Assembly: GCA_963640785.1 (NCBI GenBank)
Contig: CAVIBA010000001.1
Coordinates: forward strand, 14,527-58,665
Length of the DNA stretch: 44,139 nt
Reading direction: 5' to 3'
DNA from: Bulleidia sp.
GTDB lineage: Bacteria > Bacillota > Clostridia > Oscillospirales > CAG-272
Part shown: positions 8,381-17,940 of the stretch, in pieces
Position numbering within the stretch: the first letter of the stretch is position 1
Layout of the letters: each line of letters begins with the position of its first letter
Translations under genes and position numbers: made by a program
The notes under the pieces: generated by a model
What the model was told of the DNA's origin: nothing
The model's database searches: none
Seen by the model: the letters and a program-made list of their open reading frames with translations, nothing else

Positions 8381-8802
8381 TATTCAGATAAACCGTAAAA
8401 CCTTATAATAAAGACCACTGCAACCGCAAAAAATGCCGCGCCGACGTGGAAAATAAAGCCGTAGCCGTGGACGCCGCCCTTCTCGCGCTTGCGCAGGACG
8501 TAGTCCGCGTACCGCTCGTGCTTCTCGAACGTCCGCCCCATCGGGAACAGCGCGAGAACCGCGCGACCTGCGAGGTAGGACAGACCGTAAAACATGCCCG
8601 CATTCGAAATCCACACAAGCGCCGCGCACAGCATGAGCACCACGCCCGGTATGGTGAACGCGTCCGCAAGTATGCGGCAGCGCTCGGCACTGTCTGCGGC
8701 GTCGGCGTAGCCGTGGAAGGAGATGACGGCGAACGCCATCAGCCCTCCAACGGCCGCTGTTATGCCGTATTTTAACAGGGTCTTGATTATTTTGTCCTTC
8801 AC
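8380..8802 (-). CDS. small integral membrane protein (DUF3899-like), last gene of the Opp-type operon
   Basis: 140 aa with about 4 TM segments. Its GTG start overlaps the TGA of the upstream ATPase (GTGA at 8799-8802). The alternative-frame ORFs 8384..8893 and 8403..8690 are Arg-rich junk. Confidence 0.6.
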   Translation of the reverse strand: MKDKIIKTLLKYGITAAVGGLMAFAVISFHGYADAADSAERCRILADAFTIPGVVLMLCAALVWISNAGMFYGLSYLAGRAVLALFPMGRTFEKHERYADYVLRKREKGGVHGYGFIFHVGAAFFAVAVVFIIRFYGLSE

Positions 8803-10073
8803 AGCCCGAGCTCCTTGCGGTATCGAGCCTCCTCCGCGTCGTTGCAGCGGACAAAGTGCCCCGGCGTAATCTCACGCAGCGAGGGCCTGTCAACGCTGTA
8901 ATCGTGCTCGGCTATCGCGTTGTAGATTATACGCGTGCGCTGCTTCTCCGTGTGCGGGTCAGGCAGCGGGATGGCCGACAGAAGTGCGCGAGTGTAGGGG
9001 TGCAGCGGGTGAGCAAACAGCTCATCCGAGTCCGCAAGCTCGACCATCTTGCCGTAGTACATAACGCCGATACGGTCGGAGAAATACTTGACGACCGACA
9101 GGTCGTGCGCGATGAACAGAATGGTCAGGTTCAGCTTCTCGCGAAGCTCGTTGAGCAGGTTGATGACCTGCGCCTGAATCGACACGTCAAGCGCCGAAAC
9201 GGGCTCGTCGGCGATAAGCATCTCCGGGTTCATAATGACCGAACGCGCGATGCCGACTCTCTGCTTCTGTCCGCCCGAGAACTCGTGCGGGTAACGCCCT
9301 GCGTGCTCGCGGACAAGCCCCACCATCTCGAGTATCTCGTACACCTTCTCGTCGATGTACTTTTTATCCTTGATTCCGTTGATGACCAGTCCCTCGGAGA
9401 TGATCTCGCGAACCGTCATACGGGGGTTCAGCGAGGCCACGGGATCCTGGAATATCATCTGAATCTGCGTTATCAGCTTGGTCTTTTTGGCGACTCTCAG
9501 CTTGTCGCGGTACTCCTTCTTGAGCGCCGCTTCCTCGGGCTTTCCGGCCGCCGCCTTGAGACGGGGCTCGTACTCCGCCTTCAGCTGTGCGACAAGACGC
9601 TCGGCGTACTCACGGTCGGAGTGCTTGTGGTCGTACTTTGCGCTGCGTATCTCCTCGAGGTCGTGCGCGATGGACTGCTTGAGCGCGGCCTGAAGCTCGG
9701 CGATCTTGGCGTCGTTCGCCGCCTTGTTGCCGGGGTTGGCGGCCGAGTCCTTCTTAAGCTCGCTGACGCGGGCGGCAGTCTCCTTGCGGGAGGCGGCGAT
9801 GTGCTCGTAGTACGAGCGCGTGCCGGCGCAGATGCGCTGTCCCTTGAAGTAAATGCTGCCTGAGGTGATGTCGTAAATTTTGATTATCGAGCGGCCGGTC
9901 GTCGTTTTTCCGCAGCCGGACTCGCCGACCAGGCCGAACACCTCGCCCTTCTTGATGTCGAAGCTGACGTCGTCAACCGCGCGCGTCTCGTGTCCCTTGA
10001 CCTTGAAGTACTGGCACAGATGCTCTACCCGGAGCAGCACTTCCTGCTGTTCATTGTTATTATTGCTGTTCAT
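8799..10073 (-). CDS. ABC transporter ATP-binding protein, OppF/DppF-like, with ~115-aa insertion
   Basis: 424 aa. Motifs: Walker A GESGCGKTT, Q-loop QMIFQDPVASLNPRMTV, signature FSGGQKQR, Walker B LIADEPVSALD, and a C-terminal oligopeptide-type tail (HPYTRALLSAIP). A charged helical insertion sits between the Walker A region and the Q-loop. Confidence 0.85.
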   Translation of the reverse strand: MNSNNNNEQQEVLLRVEHLCQYFKVKGHETRAVDDVSFDIKKGEVFGLVGESGCGKTTTGRSIIKIYDITSGSIYFKGQRICAGTRSYYEHIAASRKETAARVSELKKDSAANPGNKAANDAKIAELQAALKQSIAHDLEEIRSAKYDHKHSDREYAERLVAQLKAEYEPRLKAAAGKPEEAALKKEYRDKLRVAKKTKLITQIQMIFQDPVASLNPRMTVREIISEGLVINGIKDKKYIDEKVYEILEMVGLVREHAGRYPHEFSGGQKQRVGIARSVIMNPEMLIADEPVSALDVSIQAQVINLLNELREKLNLTILFIAHDLSVVKYFSDRIGVMYYGKMVELADSDELFAHPLHPYTRALLSAIPLPDPHTEKQRTRIIYNAIAEHDYSVDRPSLREITPGHFVRCNDAEEARYRKELGL

Positions 10074-12243
10074 GTGCTTCTCCTTCCGCCAGTGCTTTCT
10101 TCATGCGCTCGATACGGTCGGTGATGATCTTGGGAACCGCGACCTTGGGCGCATCGGGGTGCAGCAGCCATGTCGCCGCGCTGTGGGTATCCGAAATGCG
10201 GAACATGGGGGGCTGTTTTTCGAAGTCTATCTTCATTGCATACTTGTTACGCGCCGCAAACGCGTCTCCGACGGACGGGAAAATCATGTTAGGCGGCGTG
10301 CCGGGGATGGCGTCCAGCTTTTCGTTGGTGTCGAGGTCCGGCATTGAGGACAGCAGCGCCCAGGTGTAGGGGTGACGCGGATCGTAGAAAATATCGTCCG
10401 CCGTGCCGTACTCAACTATCTTGCCTGCGTACATGACTGCAATATCGTCCGCCATGTTGGCCACGACGCCGAGGTCGTGGGTAATGAAGATAACGGACAG
10501 ATTGCGCTCGCGCTTGAGGTTGTTGATGAGCTCGAGAATCTGCGCCTGAATGGTAACGTCAAGCGCGGTGGTCGGCTCGTCGCAGATGAGTATATCGGGA
10601 TTGGCTGCCAGCGCGATAGCAATAACTATACGCTGACGCATACCGCCGGAAAACTCGAACGGGTACTGGTAGTAACGTATACGCGGCTCGGGGATACCGA
10701 CCTCCTCCATCAGCTTGATGGCCTTCTCCTTTGCCATGGCCTTGGTGACGGTGTAAACCACGGCCGAGGCCTTGTCCTTGAGGTAGTCGATAAGACCGAT
10801 GGCACGAACCTGCAGATCCTCCTCATCGGAGGTCAGATAGCTCTTGTAGTGATTCTCAAGCCGGTCGATGATGTCTATAATGTTCTGACGCATCATATCA
10901 AGGTCGCACACAGACTTGGGGACGACCTTCCAGTCGACCTGCTTGCCGCGGGCAATCAGCGCCTCGCGCTTGGCGGTCTGACGCTCAAAGCGCGCCTCCT
11001 CACGGGGGTTTTTGACCTTGTAGTAGAAATACTTGTCGATGGCGTTGTCCATGCTGGTGCGGAAGGTGTAAGCGATGCTGTCCTTGACGGTTGCAAGGCG
11101 GTCAATGGACTTATCCACCAGCTCCGCGACCTCACGCGTCAGGCGCTTGGCCTCGGCCTTGTCGAAATCAGCGCCGAAGAAGCCCTTGAACTGCTCCAGT
11201 CTGTCGACGACAGCCTTCTTGCCCTCGCGAGCCTTGTCGGTGGAGTAGCGGATGGCGCTCTTCTCGAACTCGATGAACTCGTCCATGAAATCGCGGTTAA
11301 GCAGTTCGAGCGCGCGGGCGTTCGCCTCCTCGACGGGCAGCGTCGAGAGGTCATCGCCGGGGTTCTTCATGTACCAGTAGCCGATACGGAAGAAGTTGGG
11401 GCGCTCACCGGCCAGAATGCCCTCGAGAACGGCCGAAATGGCGTTCAGCGGGTTCTGAATCTCTCCGGGCAGCTCGAGAGCCTTGTCCTTGTCGCGGCTC
11501 TTGTCCTCCTTGTAGTGGGAGGCGGCCGTCTTGAGCTGCTGCACGAAGGCGGCAAGCTCGGCGCCGCGGCCCGCGAGCAGATATTTGTCACTCACCTGGT
11601 CGAGCTTCTGGCACAGGCTCTTGAGTCTGAGCGAAACATCAACGTTCTGCTTTCTCTCGAGCATGAACCTGAAGTCCGCTATCTCGCCGAGGCATTCCTC
11701 GGCGCGGCGGCGGGAGGCGTTGTAGGCGTTCTCCAGCGTGATGGCCTCAATGTTGAACTTATTGAATGTGGAAATGAGGCGGCCAGTCTCGTCGGCGGGC
11801 TTTCCGGAGGCAATCATGCACGCCTTAAGCGTCGCGAGCAGCGAGTTGAACTGAGCTCTCGCCTCACGGCGGTTGCCCTTGTTTTTAAGCAGCATAGCCT
11901 CGGTTATCTGCTTACCGATCTTGACGATCGGGTTGAGCGACGACAGCGGATCCTGGAATATCATCGAGATTTTGTCGCCGCGGATCTTGCACATATCCGT
12001 CTCGGGCAGCTTGAGCAGATCCTTGCCGTCGTACAGTATCTCGCCGCTCTCGAGAATCGAGTTTCCGGCAAGAATGCCTAAGATGGCCTTTGATGTAACC
12101 GACTTACCCGAGCCGGATTCTCCGACTATAGCCAGCGTTTTGCCGCGCTCAAGGTCGAAGGAGATGTCGCGTACTGCCTTAAGTGTTCCTCCGGGAGTAC
12201 GGAAGGAGACAGTCAGTCTCTTGACCTGAAGTATTTTATCCAT
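10060..12243 (-). CDS. ABC transporter ATP-binding protein, OppD/DppD-like, with ~370-aa insertion
   Basis: 727 aa. Motifs: Walker A GESGSGKSV, Q-loop MIFQDPLSSLNP, signature FSGGMRQR, Walker B LICDEPTTALD, and an HPYTWALLSSMP tail. The Q-loop and signature are ~430 aa apart instead of ~60. Confidence 0.85.
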   Translation of the reverse strand: MDKILQVKRLTVSFRTPGGTLKAVRDISFDLERGKTLAIVGESGSGKSVTSKAILGILAGNSILESGEILYDGKDLLKLPETDMCKIRGDKISMIFQDPLSSLNPIVKIGKQITEAMLLKNKGNRREARAQFNSLLATLKACMIASGKPADETGRLISTFNKFNIEAITLENAYNASRRRAEECLGEIADFRFMLERKQNVDVSLRLKSLCQKLDQVSDKYLLAGRGAELAAFVQQLKTAASHYKEDKSRDKDKALELPGEIQNPLNAISAVLEGILAGERPNFFRIGYWYMKNPGDDLSTLPVEEANARALELLNRDFMDEFIEFEKSAIRYSTDKAREGKKAVVDRLEQFKGFFGADFDKAEAKRLTREVAELVDKSIDRLATVKDSIAYTFRTSMDNAIDKYFYYKVKNPREEARFERQTAKREALIARGKQVDWKVVPKSVCDLDMMRQNIIDIIDRLENHYKSYLTSDEEDLQVRAIGLIDYLKDKASAVVYTVTKAMAKEKAIKLMEEVGIPEPRIRYYQYPFEFSGGMRQRIVIAIALAANPDILICDEPTTALDVTIQAQILELINNLKRERNLSVIFITHDLGVVANMADDIAVMYAGKIVEYGTADDIFYDPRHPYTWALLSSMPDLDTNEKLDAIPGTPPNMIFPSVGDAFAARNKYAMKIDFEKQPPMFRISDTHSAATWLLHPDAPKVAVPKIITDRIERMKKALAEGEAHEQQ

Positions 12244-12246
12244 GTC

Positions 12247-13818
12247 TTATTCCTCCACTCCGCGCAGTGACGGGTTGAACGCGTCACGCAGACCGTTGCC
12301 GAACAGGTTGAAGCTGATCATGAGCAGCGATATGATAATCGCCGGGAACAGCATGAGGTGCGGGTAGTTTGTCCAGATTGCGCTCGCGTCGGACAGCAAC
12401 GTACCGAGGGATGTCGACTCCGCGCCGCCCAGCTTGATGATGCCGAGGTAGCTCAGCATACTCTCGCTGAAGATAACGCCGGGAATGACAAGCACCGACG
12501 ACGTAATCATGGTACCGAGCGAGTTGGGGAAAATATGCTTCATTATAATACGCGCATCGCTTGCGCCGAGTGTGTGGGCAGCCATGACGTATTCCTGGTT
12601 CTTGAAGCGGTAGAACTGCGTGCGCACAAGCGACGCGGTGCCGATCCAGCCCGTCATCACGAAGGCAAACAGCAGACTTGGAATCGGGCCGACCTTGGAC
12701 GCAAGGTGTATCTGGAACAGCGTCGCCACGACGATGAAGGGCACACCGGACAGAATATCCGAAATACGCTCCATGACGAGGTCAGTCGTACCGCCGTAGT
12801 AGCCCTCGATAGAGCCGTAGACGGCGCCGAGGATGAAGTTGATGAGCGACACACAGACAGAAACCAGCAGACTCAGACGCACGCCGTTTGCAAGGCGGAG
12901 CGACATGTCGTAGCCCTGCGAGTCGGTGCCGAAGATGTACTCCGGCTCAAAGCCGTTCTTGAACTGATAGTAGTTGTAGTAAAGAACTCTCACCTTGTAC
13001 ATAGCGGTCTCGGTCGTGCCGCCGCCGGTGTACTCGTAGTATTTGAGCGAGCCGTCCTCGTTGCGCTTGTAGTTATCCTCGAGCACCATGTCGTCGGACA
13101 GTCTGATGCGGCGGACGCTGCCGTCGGCACGCGTCTTGACGGGCTCATATTTGGAGTTCATCTTGTACCAGTAGTTACCGGAGGTGCTGGTGGGGTCGGG
13201 GTTGTACTCGTTGAGCTCAACGAGCGGGTAAAGCACATGCTTGCCCGTTTCCTTCTCCCACGCAACGATTGCGTCGTACTCGCTGCGCTCTACGCTGAGG
13301 TAGAGGAATCCGACTGCAAGGTAGGTGTCAACGCGCGCTTCGTAACGCGACTGCGCGTCGTTCTCGTCGCCGTTGAGACCGTGGTTCTTGATAATCGGCT
13401 GATACTCGGACTCGTAGGAATCGGCAAGTGTCGGGCCGTGGCCGTCGTAGTCAAGCGCGCCCATACCGACGGCGTAAACCGCGATAAGACCCTTCTCTGT
13501 GTACTTACGGTCGGTGCCGCCGTCAGCGAGGCCTATCTTGTTCAGCGTCAGGTTGCGGGGACCCATCTTCTGATAATATGTGTCCATGAACTTGGCGTCA
13601 AAGCGGAAGGTCAGCAGCGGGGTCAGCAGGGCAAAGAGGACTATCACCACGATGATAAGCGCCGCGACGATAGACGCTTTGTTGCGGCAGAAGCGCATCC
13701 ACGCGTCCTTGAAATAGCCTATGGGCTTGTCATCAAACTTTTTATCCGAGATACGCTCGCCGTGGTTGGCAAACTCGAATTTTTCGCCGGGGATGCTTTC
13801 AAACTTGTTATCCTGCAT
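12247..13818 (-). CDS. ABC transporter permease, OppC/DppC-like, with enlarged extracytoplasmic loop
   Basis: 523 aa. One N-terminal TM is followed by a ~230-aa soluble region, then the conserved permease core with AAHTLGASDARIIMKHIFPNSLG (EAA-type loop). Confidence 0.85.
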   Translation of the reverse strand: MQDNKFESIPGEKFEFANHGERISDKKFDDKPIGYFKDAWMRFCRNKASIVAALIIVVIVLFALLTPLLTFRFDAKFMDTYYQKMGPRNLTLNKIGLADGGTDRKYTEKGLIAVYAVGMGALDYDGHGPTLADSYESEYQPIIKNHGLNGDENDAQSRYEARVDTYLAVGFLYLSVERSEYDAIVAWEKETGKHVLYPLVELNEYNPDPTSTSGNYWYKMNSKYEPVKTRADGSVRRIRLSDDMVLEDNYKRNEDGSLKYYEYTGGGTTETAMYKVRVLYYNYYQFKNGFEPEYIFGTDSQGYDMSLRLANGVRLSLLVSVCVSLINFILGAVYGSIEGYYGGTTDLVMERISDILSGVPFIVVATLFQIHLASKVGPIPSLLFAFVMTGWIGTASLVRTQFYRFKNQEYVMAAHTLGASDARIIMKHIFPNSLGTMITSSVLVIPGVIFSESMLSYLGIIKLGGAESTSLGTLLSDASAIWTNYPHLMLFPAIIISLLMISFNLFGNGLRDAFNPSLRGVEE

Positions 13819-13819
13819 T

Positions 13820-14779
13820 TTATCTCTCCCCCATTCTTATTCTCGGATCTATGAAGCCATAGCTGATGTCGACCACGATGCCTGCCAGCAGACCGACAAA
13901 CGTGTAGAACACCGTGTCCATCATGAACACGTCGTAGTCAAGCAGATTTATGGACTTGATGTAAAGCTGACCGACACCGGGGATCGAGAATATCTGCTCG
14001 ATGACCATGGAGCCGCCCAGAATACCGATAAAGCCGGAAATAATCATAGGCAGAATCGGCACCATGGCGTTTTTCATGGCGTGACGCACAGTCGCCTGCG
14101 ACCGCGTCAGACCCTTGGTGCGGGCCAAAAGCATATAGTCGGAAGTTAAGGCCTCGGTAAGCTCGGCACGGGTGTAGCGGCAGAGCGAGGCTATCGAACC
14201 GAACGACAGTGCCAGAATTGCCGGTACCATACTGTAAAACATCTTACCGGAGAACCAGGAGCCGCCCGCGTCGGCCAGCGAATAAACAGTAAGCGGGAAC
14301 AAATTCCATTTAAGATAGAAGAAATACTGCACTAAGAACGCATAAACATAGCTCGGCACAGAAACAAACACCATAACAAGGGTGCTTATGACGTGATCCT
14401 GCCAACGGTTCTTTCTGATTGCAGCGTAAATACCGAGGACGATGCCGAGAGGCGTCGAAAACAGGAGCGAATAAAGGTTTACCATCACCGTAGGCAGCAG
14501 GCGGCCGGTAAGAACCTCCCATGCGGGAGTACGGAAGGATATGTACCACGAGGTACCGAAATCCCAGCTTGTTATGATATTTTTAAGGTAAATGCCGTAT
14601 TGAACGAGCAGAGGCTTATTGTAGCCGAGTGCTTCAAAGCGCGCGAGTATAACATCCCGCTGGTTCTTGTCCAGAGGCAGCTCGCGCGGGAGAATTCTGA
14701 TCAGCATAAAGCAGATCGTGGTTATCACGAAAAGTGTGAACAGCATCAACAGAACTCTTTTGATAACATATTTTGCCAT
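13820..14779 (-). CDS. ABC transporter permease, OppB/DppB-like
   Basis: 319 aa with MAKYVIKRVLLMLFTLFVI.. at the N-terminus and the ARTKGLTRSQATVRHAMKNAMVPIL motif typical of OppB/DppB. Confidence 0.9.
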   Translation of the reverse strand: MAKYVIKRVLLMLFTLFVITTICFMLIRILPRELPLDKNQRDVILARFEALGYNKPLLVQYGIYLKNIITSWDFGTSWYISFRTPAWEVLTGRLLPTVMVNLYSLLFSTPLGIVLGIYAAIRKNRWQDHVISTLVMVFVSVPSYVYAFLVQYFFYLKWNLFPLTVYSLADAGGSWFSGKMFYSMVPAILALSFGSIASLCRYTRAELTEALTSDYMLLARTKGLTRSQATVRHAMKNAMVPILPMIISGFIGILGGSMVIEQIFSIPGVGQLYIKSINLLDYDVFMMDTVFYTFVGLLAGIVVDISYGFIDPRIRMGER

Positions 14780-14807
14780 CAGTTGTCTCCTTGATAATAT
14801 CGGTGAA

Positions 14808-14910
14808 CGCCCGGAGGGATTTTGCCCCCGCCGGGCGCCGTTGCCGAAAATCGTAGACAGGCGGAGGTAAGAATACCTCCGCCCACCCGTATCAGGATCG
14901 GGCGATCCTG
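14808..14910 (-). other. Intercistronic stem-loops between the binding-protein gene and the first permease gene
   Basis: Three hairpins: cgcccgg..ccgggcg (14808-14837), ggcggagg-taagaata-cctccgcc (14860-14883) and caggatc-gggc-gatcctg (14893-14910). No clean U-tract follows, so this is a possible partial attenuator or mRNA stabiliser, as is common after SBP genes. Confidence 0.4.
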
Positions 14911-14921
14911 GAAGCTACGTT

Positions 14922-17429
14922 TTATTCGTAGTTAAGAGTTCCGTTCTTGCTTGCGACGAACTCTGCCCATGCAGCATCGTCGTACTCGAAGGACATCAGG
15001 CGCATACCGCCGAAGCCATACATGATGTTGTAGTCCTCGGTGTAGTACTTAACCTGGTAGGACAGCATGGAGCAGGCGGTGGTGCCGCAGAGCGGGATAC
15101 GATAGTACAGCTTGAGGTACATTTCCTCGAGCTGAGCCGTGATGGACAGCTTGACATCGAAGCCCTCGTTAGCGTACTTACCGTTACCGACAAGGCAGTT
15201 GGACCACTCCTGGCAGGTCATGGTGACATCCTCACCCTTGACCTTCAGAGTCCACTTAGTGGAGGTAGGATCCCAGCAGCCGGCCTCATGGATGTCGTAG
15301 TTAGCGGGATCCATGTAGACCTGGAAGTTACGGAACGGGTAGAAGGCAGCGCCGCCCCATGCACCGTAGCCGATAGCGTACTCGCCCTTTGCAACGTCGG
15401 CATAGCGGTTCTCGATGTTGCCGACAGCCTCGAAGGTGATCTTGCCGAAGCCGGAGCCCTCGAGAGCAGCGTTAACGAACTCGTTCAGCATCGCAACGCA
15501 CTTCTGGTCAGAGGACTGAAGCGCGCCCTTAGCCCAGCCTATGCGAACCTTGATGTTTTCGCCTGCCTTGTAGAGGCCGGCAGCGACAAGCTCATCACAA
15601 GCGGTCTTCATCAGAGCCTTAGCCTCGGTGAGGTTGTAGCCGTTGATGGACTGATATGCTTCCTTCAGAGTAGCATAAGCCTTGCCCTCGCCGTACTCAA
15701 CGCCGTAGAGGTTGCAGATAGCCTGCATAGCCTCGTCGGAGTTACGGTAGGAGGAGGTAGGATCGTTGTAAACGTCGTAGAAGTACAGGTTGTTCATAAT
15801 GGCGTATGCAGGCTTGTAACCGGAAGTAGCAGTGACATACTTAGCTCTGTCGATAGCAAGGGACATAGCCTTACGGAAGTTGGTGTTGGAAAGAACAACG
15901 GAGTTCTGGTTGCCCTTGGAGGCGTCCATGGTCTTCAGAGCCTCGACGCCGGTGTCGAAGAAGAAGGACATGGTGTAGGTCTCGTCGACCTTGTAGAGCT
16001 GGTCAGAGGTTGCGTAGGTGACAAGGTCGTCAGGCTCAGGAGACCAGTCGGAAAGCTCGCCCTTCATGAAGGCCAGCTTAGCGGCGTCTTCCTTCATAAC
16101 GTCGATGACGACCTTGGTGGTCTGGTACTGCTGTACCTTCTTACCGTCAACCTCGAAGTTGGTGTAGGAAATGAGAGAGCCGTCTTCCTGCTTCTCAAAG
16201 CCGTACCAGTTCTCGTTCTGAACGAAAACTATCTGCTTGTCTTCCTGGAGAGAGCTCAGCTTGTAGGTACCGTAGGACATGGTGGTCTCCTTGGAGGTAC
16301 CGTAGTTGGTGGTAACAAGCTCACCGGTGGTGTCCTTACCGGCCTCGTACAGGGGCTTGTAAACAAGCCAGGTGGAGGTGCAGGAGGTGAGGAAGTAGTT
16401 GAGCTCGATGCTGGTCTGGCAGACGTAACGGATGGTGTAATCGTCAACCTTGTAGCAGCCGACTGCATCGTAGCCGACCTTCTCGCCGACCTTACCGGTG
16501 TTGATGAAGAGAGCTTCCTTGGTGTAGTTGGCAATGTCTGCGTCCTCAGTGATACCGAACAGAGCGAGGCAAGCCTTCAGGATGCGCATGACAACTTCCT
16601 TGTTCTCAGCGGTGACCTTGGTGTAGCCGTATACGTTCTCAGCATCAGCGATAACCTTGTAGTCAGCGTCGTCGCCGGCACCGTAGTCGGAGTGGAGGCT
16701 GTTAAGGGTGTAGCTGGAACCAGTCAGAGTGGTCTCAGTGCTGGAGAGGCTGACGTAAACCTCGCCCTTAGCGATACCTGCGTCGAGATCGTAGGAGTAG
16801 TCACCCTCGGTCTCGTAAGCGGGAACCATAGCCTCGTAAATAGGAGCCTCAGAGTTGTAGAATGCGAGACCGCCTGCAACGGCAGACTCACCACCCCAGT
16901 ACAGATTGGAACGATAGTTTCTCATCTTGGAGTTGAGAAGCTGCTCCATGGAGTAGATGTAGTCGTCAGCAGTGATCTTCTCGCCGTTCTCCCACTTTGC
17001 GTCGGGATTCAGCTTGATCTCATAGACGTAACCGGAATCGATGTCTGCGGCAGTCTTGCCCTCAGGCAGCGTGACCTTGTACTTTGTCAGGTCATCCTTG
17101 TGGTCCTTGGTAACGTCGGCAATGGAGGTGGCCATCTCGTATACCCACTGGTAGACACCGTTTGCGGAGTCCTTGATGGACAGATCGCAGAACGGGCTGG
17201 TAAGGTAGCCGAGAATGGAGTCATCAGCACTGGTCTCCCAGGTGTGGGGATTCCAGTTGTTGCCAAGGGCAGTCGTGTAGCTCTTGTAGGTGTAGGTCTT
17301 GACCTCGGCCGGTGTTTTGGTGTCGTCATTCGGTGTTTTGTCCTTGCAGCTGGAGAAGATGACAGCCATCGTGAACAGCATGCAGACAACCATAACGAGG
17401 CTAAGAACCCGTCTCAGAGTCTTACTCAT
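14922..17429 (-). CDS. ABC transporter substrate-binding lipoprotein (family 5 peptide/nickel type), enlarged
   Basis: 835 aa. Lipoprotein signal MSKTLRRVLSLVMVVCMLFTMAVIFSS-C. AAGGAG RBS. It is the first gene of the Opp-type operon, and its composition and position are consistent with a family-5 SBP. Confidence 0.8.
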   Translation of the reverse strand: MSKTLRRVLSLVMVVCMLFTMAVIFSSCKDKTPNDDTKTPAEVKTYTYKSYTTALGNNWNPHTWETSADDSILGYLTSPFCDLSIKDSANGVYQWVYEMATSIADVTKDHKDDLTKYKVTLPEGKTAADIDSGYVYEIKLNPDAKWENGEKITADDYIYSMEQLLNSKMRNYRSNLYWGGESAVAGGLAFYNSEAPIYEAMVPAYETEGDYSYDLDAGIAKGEVYVSLSSTETTLTGSSYTLNSLHSDYGAGDDADYKVIADAENVYGYTKVTAENKEVVMRILKACLALFGITEDADIANYTKEALFINTGKVGEKVGYDAVGCYKVDDYTIRYVCQTSIELNYFLTSCTSTWLVYKPLYEAGKDTTGELVTTNYGTSKETTMSYGTYKLSSLQEDKQIVFVQNENWYGFEKQEDGSLISYTNFEVDGKKVQQYQTTKVVIDVMKEDAAKLAFMKGELSDWSPEPDDLVTYATSDQLYKVDETYTMSFFFDTGVEALKTMDASKGNQNSVVLSNTNFRKAMSLAIDRAKYVTATSGYKPAYAIMNNLYFYDVYNDPTSSYRNSDEAMQAICNLYGVEYGEGKAYATLKEAYQSINGYNLTEAKALMKTACDELVAAGLYKAGENIKVRIGWAKGALQSSDQKCVAMLNEFVNAALEGSGFGKITFEAVGNIENRYADVAKGEYAIGYGAWGGAAFYPFRNFQVYMDPANYDIHEAGCWDPTSTKWTLKVKGEDVTMTCQEWSNCLVGNGKYANEGFDVKLSITAQLEEMYLKLYYRIPLCGTTACSMLSYQVKYYTEDYNIMYGFGGMRLMSFEYDDAAWAEFVASKNGTLNYE

Positions 17430-17545
17430 GGTTTTTGTCTCCTTATTAAAAAATTTTGTTTACCCGGATTAACACAGGGCGCCGCCGACGTCACGGACGT
17501 CACCATCCATCCGCCTTCATCGGACAACCACCTTATGTTTCGATA

Positions 17546-17574
17546 ATTATATCAAAATGTCGGCCCGTTGTCAA
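17546..17574 (-). promoter_or_regulatory. Consensus sigma-A-type promoter for the Opp-type operon
   Basis: Minus strand: TTGACA (17574-17569), 17 nt spacer ending in TGA (extended -10), TATAAT (17551-17546). It lies ~115 nt upstream of the SBP start in an AT-rich island. Confidence 0.65.
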
Positions 17575-17940
17575 TACTATTTTCAACTTCAAAACATTTT
17601 TATCCAAAATTTCGCTGAAAAAATGATATTTTTGCGTTTCAAACCTTCATTTTTGGATATTTAGTCAATAACACAGCCGCAAAAAACGGTCAAAACGCGC
17701 CCCGTCGCCTCCCTGCCCTGCGTCACTCCGCCCGGCGGCCTGCCGCCGGGCGGTCGGCCGCCGCAGTCCGGCTTGCTACGTCTTCCAAATCATGGTTGCG
17801 GCACTGCCGCCTCACTCTGCCGTCACAGCGCCGTCACACTGTGGCCGCCGCCGGGCGGCATCAGCGGCGGCGGGTATCATTATAATAATGTGGTCTTTTG
17901 CAAAACGCCCCTGCCAGTGGGTCATTTTCGGGATATGTAC

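Noticed and set aside
10372-12081. 569-aa ORF on the + strand
   Set aside because: It is antisense to the OppD-like gene. Its composition is Val/Leu/Gly/Asp-rich as expected for a shadow frame in GC3-biased DNA. It has no RBS, whereas the opposite strand carries unambiguous ABC motifs.
15288-17546. 752-aa ORF on the + strand
   Set aside because: It is a shadow ORF of the substrate-binding lipoprotein gene. The sequence is low-complexity and V/G/L/D-rich, with no recognisable domain or translation signals.
17700-17930. GC-rich block with hairpins (cccggcggcctgccgccggg, ccgccgccgggcggcatcagcggcggcgg) and the 77-aa ORF 17792..18025
   Set aside because: The ORF is Ala/Arg/Pro junk without an RBS. 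I could match no riboswitch or known leader motif, so I left the block as unexplained spacer between divergent promoters rather than claim a feature.
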